This document shows, in pieces, positions 1 through 6,709 of a stretch of 25,342 nt of DNA. The position numbers were made by a program, and so were the translations under genes. The stretch spans positions 1 to 25,342 of IMG/VR virus record IMGVR_UViG_3300038829_000109; one strand, 5' to 3'. The notes beneath the pieces are model-generated. The model made no database searches and was not told the origin of the DNA. It saw only the letters and a list, made by a program, of their open reading frames with translations. The stretch is from a virus. Taxonomy: Duplodnaviria; Caudoviricetes. The stretch's first letter is position 1; each line of letters starts with the position of its first letter.

Positions 1-75
1 GGTTAAATCTCTAGGGGTTTCAACTCTAGACCGACTGTCTTCCCTCACGATATGCCGCCGCGAAATTGGAAAACA
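1..75 (+). other. Probable cos/packaging-initiation region upstream of terS
   Basis: Non-coding stretch just before a P27-type terS, with the pattern GGTTAAATCTCTAG...GACCG...CGCGAAATT that resembles cos-adjacent DNA of HK97-like phages. CTCTAG occurs twice (9-14, 24-29). The cut site cannot be placed. Confidence 0.4.
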
Positions 76-144
76 AAAAGATGCTGGAAGAATGATGAAC
101 AGCGGTGAAACGGTTGCTCCCGGTGGGGTGTTGGGAGGTGGCGG

Positions 145-618
145 ATGAAGGGAAGAAAGCCGAAGGATGTCGCCATGAAATTATTGACCGGGAATCCCGG
201 CAAGCGCTCAGCGCAGGCGCTCGACTCGGATGCGCCGTTTGTCTGCGCGAAGCTCAAGAAACCGAAGGGCCTCGATGAGTACGCCACGAAGGAATGGAAC
301 CGGCTCGTCTCGACGCTCGCGCCGATTCTCTCGCCGGCGTCGGCTGGCATGGTGCTGATAGCGGCCGAGACGTTTAGCCAGATCCAGCGAGCAAAGGCGG
401 CGATCAATGCGAACGGGAGCGAATTTTATGAAACGACGGGGAAGTCAGGCCGCATGATTCGGGAGCATCCAGCGGTTGGGATTCTCGGTCGCTCTATGCG
501 GGCCTATCACCAGGCGCTCGCTGAGCTGGGCGCGTCGCCGGTAGCGCATACGCGGGTGAAGAAACTGCCCGGAGAGTCGCAGCCTGAGCTGCCTGGGATT
601 GCTCGGATGTTGGGCTAG
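145..618 (+). CDS. terS: Phage terminase small subunit, P27 family
   Basis: N-terminal MKGRKPK...LLTGNPGKR and C-terminal HPAV...ELGASPVAHTRV match the P27 TerS pattern. GGGAGG SD upstream; lies upstream of TerL. Confidence 0.92.
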   Translation: MKGRKPKDVAMKLLTGNPGKRSAQALDSDAPFVCAKLKKPKGLDEYATKEWNRLVSTLAPILSPASAGMVLIAAETFSQIQRAKAAINANGSEFYETTGKSGRMIREHPAVGILGRSMRAYHQALAELGASPVAHTRVKKLPGESQPELPGIARMLG

Positions 619-630
619 GGAGGTGATGGG

Positions 631-903
631 ATGGGCTGGTCGATTGGCTTTGACCACACATGGAAACGAGACATCGGCTACGGCGTGCCGGTGCGGCCCG
701 TGAACCGCATCGAATTTAAGCATGTGCAGCCATCCCTCAGCGCGGCGCAGTTGGATTGGTACAACCGGGGGATCGTCCTGCTGATGTCGACCATGCGCGG
801 GCGGGCCGATCATGGCCAGGCCGAGCGGACGGTCTACGATGAGTGGAGGATGGAGGGGGAGTTGCTGGAGGTGCCAAGCGTGACGCAGAGGGGAAATTCA
901 TGA
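631..903 (+). CDS. Hypothetical phage protein, possibly chimeric
   Basis: GGAGG SD upstream. N-terminus MGWSIGFDHTWKRDIGYGVP resembles a small phage protein family. Stop overlaps the next ATG (ATGA at 900-903). Confidence 0.6.
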   Translation: MGWSIGFDHTWKRDIGYGVPVRPVNRIEFKHVQPSLSAAQLDWYNRGIVLLMSTMRGRADHGQAERTVYDEWRMEGELLEVPSVTQRGNS

Positions 904-1082
904 ACTCACTTCGTCCTAATTTCGAGGATCGTGACGCCCTTCGTATTCTTTTCCAGCGCGAGGACTTGAGCGATTTTAACGCGGAGTTTTTGGAGTCGCT
1001 GAGAAATTGGCGAGGGGCGTGGACAGAGAAACAACTGAAGCACTTCGATCGGCTGTGCTTAGATTATTTTGGAGCATGTTGA
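900..1082 (+). CDS. Hypothetical protein (60 aa, [10 protein letters not shown]...)
   Basis: ATGA overlap with the upstream gene and TGATG overlap with the downstream gene. Start at 900 preferred over 843. Confidence 0.65.
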   Translation: MNSLRPNFEDRDALRILFQREDLSDFNAEFLESLRNWRGAWTEKQLKHFDRLCLDYFGAC

Positions 1083-1466
1083 TGAGCACCACCTCGATCG
1101 AATGGACGGACGTGAGTTGGAACCCGGTGCGGGGCTGCTCGCTGGTGTCGGCGGGGTGCGCGAACTGCTACGCGATGAAGCAGGCCCATCGGTTCAGCGG
1201 GACAGGACGGGCATACGAAGGATTGACGGAGCTGGGCCCGCATGGGCCACGGTGGACCTGAAAGATTCAGCTGGTCGAGGACGTGCTCGATGCGCCTCTT
1301 CATTGGAAGAAGCCGCGTCGGATCTTCGTGAACTCGATGAGTGATTTGTTTCACGAGGATGTGCCGGATGATTTCATTGACCGGGTCTTCGCAGTGATAG
1401 CATTGACTCGACAGCATCAGTTCCAGGTATTAACCAAACGGCCTGAACGGATGAAGGAGTATCTGA

Positions 1467-2036
1467 ATGCAAAAAGAAGAAGCGATATTGTTGCTCTTGA
1501 AGTCCGGATAATTAGAGATCGACGAAGAAGGCCGAATCTGGCGGATAGCGAAACGAAAGGGCGGATTGCGCGGATCGAACGGGGAGTATCTGAAGGGCTT
1601 CAAGATATATCCGTGCGAGAGGGTACGAGCCGAGTACCCGGAGAGGCAAGGCTACCTCTTGGTGGCAGTGCTGATCGAAGGGAAGAGGATTGCAACGGGC
1701 GCGCATCGCATAGTGTGGACTCACTTCAACGGTCCCATTCCGGATGGGATGACGATCAATCACAAGAACGGAATCAAGCCCGACAATCGACCATTGAATC
1801 TGGAGTTGGCGACGTACTCAGAGAACAGGCGGCACGCGCTGGATGTTCTAAACGTCAACAGAAACAGACCGAAGGGCTCCTTGCATCCAAAGACGAAGAT
1901 AATAGAAGCGGATGTTATAGAAATTCGTCGGCTGAGAGCGAGCGGGGAAAAGATTTCAGTGATTGCCGCTCGGTACGAGATGAAGAAAAGGGCGATCTCG
2001 GCAATCTGCACTCGCAGGACTTGGAGGCATATATAG
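1467..2036 (+). pseudogene. HNH homing-type endonuclease 1, nested in the +1 frame of DUF5131; internal TAA at 1509-1511
   Basis: AAGGAG SD (1454-1459) and ATG 1467 give [28 protein letters not shown] core AHRIVW...[27 protein letters not shown]; C-terminal HTH-like region ending RRTWRHI. The N-terminus aligns with HNH2, so the TTG start at 1566 is probably not the original start. Confidence 0.85.
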
Positions 2037-2174
2037 ACTGGCCGCTCCCTCACGTCCATCTCGGCGTCTCGATCGAAGATCAATCGACAGCGGACGAGCG
2101 TATCCCGATCCTGCTGCAAACGCCGGCGGCGGTGAAATTTGTATCGATCGAGCCAATTCTTGGGATCGTTGACA

Positions 2175-2183
2175 TAAGGAGGT
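2175..2183 (+). promoter_or_regulatory. Shine-Dalgarno for nested HNH2, encoded by host codons I-R-R-Y
   Basis: TAAGGAGGT, 6 nt before GTG 2190. Confidence 0.8.
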
Positions 2184-2189
2184 ATCTAG

Positions 2190-2771
2190 GTGAAGCCGGA
2201 AGAACAGGCCTTTCTTGCGCAGGTGGCACTCGGATGGTTTCTGGTCAAGGGCGACGGCACGATTTGGCGAATGATCAAATTTACAGGAGGAGGGACACCG
2301 AGTCTGAAGCGGATCAATTCAACGAGAGCAGAACGCAGCAAGTCCAAGCAGGACGGTTACCCACGAGTACTATTTTGGCACCAGGGGAAGAGACTCAAAG
2401 TGCATGCGCACCGCATTGTGTGGATGGTGGCAAACAAGGCCGACATCCCCGATTCGATGGAGATCAATCACAAGCACGAAGATGGGGACAAAAGCCGCAA
2501 CCATCCGGGCAATCTGGAGCTAGTGACGAGATCGGAGAACGTAAAACATGCGATTCATGTGTTGGGGAAGAAACGAAAGGCGAGGCCAGGGACAGAGAAT
2601 CCAGCGGCACGGTTGAACGAGGGGCAAGTTGCAGAGATACGCGCACTCTGGAAGGCGAGAGCTATGAGCCAACGTCAAATAGGCGAGCGGTTCGGGATCA
2701 AGCAACAAACGGTGCAGAATATTGTCAACGGAAAGACCTGGAAGCACGTAGTCCTCGCCTCGACTGGATAA
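2190..2771 (+). CDS. HNH homing-type endonuclease 2 (intact), nested in the +1 frame of DUF5131
   Basis: SD TAAGGAGGT (2175-2183) and GTG start. AHRIVW...[29 protein letters not shown]; C-terminal [18 protein letters not shown]...[11 protein letters not shown]...GKTWKH HTH. Confidence 0.9.
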   Translation: MKPEEQAFLAQVALGWFLVKGDGTIWRMIKFTGGGTPSLKRINSTRAERSKSKQDGYPRVLFWHQGKRLKVHAHRIVWMVANKADIPDSMEINHKHEDGDKSRNHPGNLELVTRSENVKHAIHVLGKKRKARPGTENPAARLNEGQVAEIRALWKARAMSQRQIGERFGIKQQTVQNIVNGKTWKHVVLASTG

Positions 2772-3045
2772 TTGTCGGTGGCGAGAGCGGACCGGGAGCG
2801 CGGCCCTGTGACATTGGGCACATCCGTTCCATCGTCCAGCAATGCCAGGCGGCGGGGGTGCCGTGTTTCGTGAAGCAGCTGGGGCGTAAGCCGTTCGTGA
2901 TCGAGGGGAGTCGAGATGCACAGGAGTGGTCGGCGTTAGGTGCCTCGGCCGTCATGGACGATTGCGGAGGCATTCACGCGAAAGACAGGCATGGCCGTGA
3001 TATGGCCGAGTGGCCGATCGGTCTGCGCGTTCGGGAGTGGCCGCG

Positions 3046-3087
3046 ATGAGCGCAGACGTGTGTAGAGAGGAATTAGACCGAGCGTGA
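3046..3087 (+). CDS. 13-aa mini-ORF ([13 protein letters not shown]) bridging DUF5131 and terL
   Basis: ATGA overlap with the DUF5131 stop, GTGA overlap with the terL start, GGGAG upstream. Confidence 0.4.
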   Translation: MSADVCREELDRA

Positions 3088-4916
3088 AGACTGTGACGAC
3101 CGAGCCATCGACCCCCCGCCGGCGCCGGAAGAGTGTGCCTCCGCCGCCTCCGCCGTTGTCGCCGATTGCGCAGACGGTGCAGGGCTATATCGATGGCGTG
3201 CTCAGCGGAACGGTGATCGCGGGCGAGCTGATTCGGCTGGCCGTGCAGCGGCATGTCGACGATCTCCGCGAAGGGCCGAGCCGAGGGTTGCGGTTCGATC
3301 CGGCTTTGGCCGAGCAGGCCGTCGAGTTCTTTTTCTACCTCAAGCACAGCAAGGGCGAGTGGGCTGGCCAGGAATTTCGGCTGGAGCCCTGGCAAATGTT
3401 CACGATCTGGGTCTCGTTCGGCTGGCTCAACGTCTCCGGGTACCGGCGATTCCGCACGGTCTATGAAGAGGTGCCTCGGAAGAACGGGAAGTCAACGAAG
3501 GCGGCCGGCGTGGGGCTGAAACTCGCCTTTGCTGACGGGGAAGACGGCGCCGAAGTCTATAGCGCCGCCACTAAGCACGACCAGGCCCTGATCGTCTGGA
3601 GCGAGGCGATGCGCATGGTCCGAGCGACGCCCGACCTTTCGTCGAGGATCCAGATCTTCAGAAACAATCTGAGCCGGCTGGAGAAGTATCAGAAGTATGA
3701 ACCGCTCGGCGCTGACGAGGATACGCTCGACGGCTTGAACGTCCATGGGGCGATTGTCGACGAGCTGCACGCACACAAGACCCGCGGCGTCTTCGATCTG
3801 ATGGAGACGGGGACCAGTGCCCGCCGGCAGCCGATGCTCTTTGCCATCACCACGGCTGGGAGCGATCAGTCGGAGACCAGCGTCTGCTGGGAGCAGCATG
3901 TCTATGCCGAGCAGGTCCTGCGAAAGATCATCTCGGATGACAGCTACTTTGCGTTCATTGCCTCGATGGATGAGGGAGACGACTGGCAAGACGAGCGGAG
4001 CTGGTACAAGGCGAACCCGAACCTGGGCGTGAGTAAGAAGCTCGACTACATGCGGGATCAGGCCCGGAAGGCCAAGAACATGCCGGCGAAGCTCAATAGC
4101 TTTCTCAGGCTCGATCTGAACAAGTGGACGCAGCAAGTCAGCCGGTGGATCGACATGCTGCTCTGGGACGCCAACGCGGGGCCGCCGATCGACGAAGAGA
4201 CGCTGCGCGGACGGAAGTGCTATGGCGGGCTCGACTTGTCTAGCGTCTCCGACCTCACGGCCTGGGTGCTGGTGTTTCCTGATCCGGTTGTGCAAGACCG
4301 CCTGACGATCCTCCCGCGCCTCTGGTGCCCGGAGGCGCGGCTGAATAAAGAGGCCGACGAGGATGCCCCGGACCGCCGGCGCAATCCGTATGCGGATCAA
4401 TACCAGGCCTGGCATCGCGACGGCTGGCTCCTCACCACGCCGGGCAACGCGATCGACTACGACGCAATCAAAGCGCAGATCCTGGCCGATGCGCAGATGT
4501 TTCAGTTGGAAGAGGTCGCCGTCGACCGCCTGTTCCAGGGCTATCAGCTCTCGATGCAATTGGCCGATGAGGGACTCACCGTCGCGGCCTGCGGGATGGG
4601 CTACATGAGCATGGCGGGACCGTGCAAAGAATTCGAGCGGCGGCTCCTCGAAAAACAATTGCATCATGGCGGCCATCCTGTGCTCAAGTGGATGGCCAGC
4701 AACGTCGCCGTGCGCGAAGACCCGGCGGGGAATTTGAAACCAGACAAAGCGAGCAGCCAGGGGAAGATCGACGGCATCATCGGCCTTCTGCTTGCGCTCG
4801 ATCGCGCGATGCGACACATCACGACCACCTCGGTGTATGAGTCACGGGGGCTACTCACCCTGGGAGGTTCCTCCAATGGCGATACGCCGGACACGGAAGG
4901 CCGGACAGATGTATGA
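3084..4916 (+). CDS. terL: Phage terminase large subunit
   Basis: LEPWQ adenine-binding motif, Walker A VPRKNGKST, Walker B AIVDELH, coupling motif ITTAG, nuclease motifs GGLDLS and KIDGIIG. Confidence 0.97.
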   Translation: MKTVTTEPSTPRRRRKSVPPPPPPLSPIAQTVQGYIDGVLSGTVIAGELIRLAVQRHVDDLREGPSRGLRFDPALAEQAVEFFFYLKHSKGEWAGQEFRLEPWQMFTIWVSFGWLNVSGYRRFRTVYEEVPRKNGKSTKAAGVGLKLAFADGEDGAEVYSAATKHDQALIVWSEAMRMVRATPDLSSRIQIFRNNLSRLEKYQKYEPLGADEDTLDGLNVHGAIVDELHAHKTRGVFDLMETGTSARRQPMLFAITTAGSDQSETSVCWEQHVYAEQVLRKIISDDSYFAFIASMDEGDDWQDERSWYKANPNLGVSKKLDYMRDQARKAKNMPAKLNSFLRLDLNKWTQQVSRWIDMLLWDANAGPPIDEETLRGRKCYGGLDLSSVSDLTAWVLVFPDPVVQDRLTILPRLWCPEARLNKEADEDAPDRRRNPYADQYQAWHRDGWLLTTPGNAIDYDAIKAQILADAQMFQLEEVAVDRLFQGYQLSMQLADEGLTVAACGMGYMSMAGPCKEFERRLLEKQLHHGGHPVLKWMASNVAVREDPAGNLKPDKASSQGKIDGIIGLLLALDRAMRHITTTSVYESRGLLTLGGSSNGDTPDTEGRTDV

Positions 4917-5088
4917 CCCGAATGAGTTGCTGCGGAAGACGAAACTGCGGAGAGAAGAGGCGGCCTTTCTCTTGGAGGTCAGTCAGCGGACCGTCGATCG
5001 GTACATGACTGCGGGGAAGCTCGAATTCAAGTCGACGCCGGGCGGCCAGCGGAGGCCGTTGACGGAGAGTGTGAAGAAGTATCTGTAA
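4876..5088 (+). CDS. Small excisionase/BldC-like (MerR-superfamily) helix-turn-helix DNA-binding protein
   Basis: LRREEAAFLLEVSQRTVDRYMTAGKLEFKSTPGGQRR is an HTH plus wing. GGAGG SD before ATG 4876; alternative start 4909. Confidence 0.82.
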   Translation: MAIRRTRKAGQMYDPNELLRKTKLRREEAAFLLEVSQRTVDRYMTAGKLEFKSTPGGQRRPLTESVKKYL

Positions 5089-5148
5089 AGGAGCGCACGA
5101 TGCACGATGTCAAGCTCCGCATAGATCATCGCGTCACCAGTGCGGCAA

Positions 5149-5168
5149 CCCCGTCGTTCAGGACGGGG
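5149..5168. repeat. IS left-end hairpin
   Basis: CCCCGTC-GTTCAG-GACGGGG, perfect 7-bp stem. Confidence 0.8.
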
Positions 5169-5445
5169 AGGAAGCGCGTTGTTCTTCGACGTACTTCTTG
5201 ATGGTCTCCAACGTGACACCACCCGTTGATGCCGCAAAATAGCTGGGGGTCCATAACGCTCCTTTCCAATACCGCTTTGAGATCGCGGGGAATTCCACGC
5301 GCAAGAGCCTGCTGCTTGATCCCTTGAGCGCGTTGACCAGAACAGAGACGGAGAGGGTCGGCGGATAATTGACGAGTAGATGCAAGTGGTCGTCTTCCCC
5401 GTCGCAGGCGTCGAGCAAGGCTCCTTGCATGGCGCACACTTTCGT
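5158..5445 (-). pseudogene. tnpA: IS200-type Y1 transposase, 5'-truncated
   Basis: HUH motif EDDHLHLLV, LVNALKGSSSR, LWTPSYF and catalytic Tyr in IKKYVEEQ. N-terminal part missing; in-frame TAG at 5458-5460. Confidence 0.88.
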
Positions 5446-5459
5446 ACAGTGGATCTTCT

Positions 5460-6499
5460 AAGTACAGAGTCAAGGACGCCTCTCGTATTGCCGGACTCAC
5501 GGCCCGTGCGCGAACGGTTAACGAAGCCTGGAACAGTCTCGTTCTCTCGGAATGGGTCCGTCGAGGACACTATGCGGAGATCGGCCCCAACCTGCCAGGC
5601 GGGCATCGGTTTAATTGTGCGAGGCGCTTCGTAGGACGCAGCCAGGAAATAGGCTTGCACTCGGATACTCTGGCGGAAGTGTGTCGCGTGTTCACCTCCT
5701 CGCGGGATACCCACAAGCGATGCCCGAAGCATCGTGGAAGAAAATCCCTCGGCTGGATTCCCTTTCTCGGTCGAGCGGTGAAAATCAAAGGTGATAGACG
5801 CGGTATATCGGGGTGAACTACCGCGTCTGGCTGTCCCGCCCGTTCCCTCTGAAGATCAAAACGGGCGCATTTGCGCAGGATGCCAGGGGCCGCTGGTACC
5901 TCTGCCTTACGGCAGAGGTTGCCTCTGTGAACGGGACTGGGGTAGGGGCGGTCGGCATTGATTTGGGACTTAAAGACTTTGCGGGTTTGTCCAATGGCAC
6001 CACACTGGAGAACCCGCGCTGGTTCAGATCCTTGGAGGATCGGTTGGCCGTGGCCCAACGAGCGAGACAACCTCAACGTGTGAAATCGATCCACGCCAAG
6101 ATCTCCAACAGACGAAAGCACGTGCTGCACGAATACTCGACGCGGTTGGTTCGACAGTTCAAGAAAATTGTCGTTGACAATGTGAGCGCGTCCAGTCTGG
6201 GGAAAACATCGATGGCAAAGTCCGTCTACGATGCCGGATGGTCTGCGTTTCGAGCGATGCTGCGGTACAAGTGCCAGCAGGCACAGGCAGTCTTCGAGGA
6301 AGCCGACGAGCGATTCAGTACCCAGACCTGTTCTTCGTGTCAGACACGACGCGGTCCGAAAGGACTGAAGGGGCTGCGAATTAGGCAGTGGAAATGTGGG
6401 TTGTGTTTGGTGTTGCATAATCGTGATACCAACGCGGCGTGTAATCTCCTTGCTGGGGCGGAACGTCGCCCTCTTGCTGAAGAAATCCTCGCCCTTTAG
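5460..6499 (+). pseudogene. tnpB: TnpB RNA-guided nuclease, start lost and frameshifted near 5795-5815
   Basis: Upstream frame reads KYRVKD...VNEAWN...GLHSDT...KSLGWIPF. Downstream frame (5813-6499) has QDARGRWY, RuvC GIDLG, DAGW, zinc finger CSSC/CGLC and HNRDTNAACNL. Confidence 0.88.
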
Positions 6500-6506
6500 G
6501 GCGGGG
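6487..6506. repeat. IS right-end hairpin (3' part of the putative omegaRNA scaffold)
   Basis: CCTCGCCC-TTTA-GGGCGGGG, overlapping the tnpB stop. Confidence 0.8.
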
Positions 6507-6570
6507 AAGACGTTAATCCTGCATGGGCTACTGGCTGTCCTGATGATAACGACCCCTCGTAACTTTTCTG

Positions 6571-6632
6571 CGACAAACCCTACCTTCCCGCGACAAACAG
6601 AGACAAAGTGAGACAAAGTGAGACAAAGTGAC
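6571..6632 (+). repeat. Phased 10-bp direct repeats upstream of the portal gene
   Basis: AGACAAAGTG x3 exact (6601-6630), plus CGACAAACAG (6591-6600) and CGACAAACCC (6571-6580). GACAAA cores are all in 10-bp register. Confidence 0.85.
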
Positions 6633-6709
6633 GTAGCTGGTCCCTCGCGTTCCTGATACATCCATGCCTGCACGGGCTCTTTCTGGAGGTTCAGCGCGAT
6701 GGGATCTCG

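Larger units (their letters stand above)
1082..3049 (+). pseudogene. DUF5131 / phage Gp37-Gp68 family (radical-SAM-like) gene with one in-frame TGA (1259-1261) and two ~190-codon in-frame insertions
   Basis: Family motifs lie in one frame: [112 protein letters not shown]. ORFs 1007-1261 and 1283-3049 share this frame and are separated by a single TGA. Removing the inserts leaves about 275 aa. Confidence 0.88.
5138..6516. mobile_element. Degenerate IS200/IS605-family element (divergent tnpA/tnpB)
   Basis: Subterminal hairpins at both ends, tnpA remnant on -, tnpB remnant on +. Right end reads ...GGGCGGGGAAGACGTTAA. Left boundary is inferred just after TCAC (5134-5137) and is approximate. Confidence 0.85.

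Noticed and set aside
1259-1261. Genome-wide TGA recoding (Gly/Trp) or selenocysteine
   Set aside because: TGA acts as a normal stop in several coupled overlaps (903, 3049, 10864, 11259, 22407), and this position is not a Cys site.
1466-2758. Inserts as inteins
   Set aside because: The host-frame inserts lack C/S-start and HN-C/S/T-end splicing motifs, and the nuclease is in a different frame from the host protein.
1466-2758. Inserts as group I/II introns
   Set aside because: The HNH ORFs occupy essentially the whole inserts, leaving no evident room for a ribozyme core, and an intron would not need an open host frame. Not formally excluded without a covariance search or RT-PCR.
3492-4817. 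Long minus-strand ORF (441 aa), and similar ones at 6827-7924, 14838-15953, 16574-18367 and 23235-24023
   Set aside because: Antisense shadows of high-GC3 genes, with no recognisable motifs or RBS.
5100-5137. Small gene interrupted by the IS (ATG 5100 after AAGGAG)
   Set aside because: Joining the flanks yields only a ~27-aa peptide with no recognisable features, which is too weak to call.
5813-6499. Intact miniature TnpB/Cas12-like effector
   Set aside because: It is only the C-terminal part. The N-terminal half lies in another frame with no start codon, and there is no CRISPR array.
6571-6632. CRISPR array
   Set aside because: The repeats are 10 bp and tandem, with no unique spacers and no cas genes.
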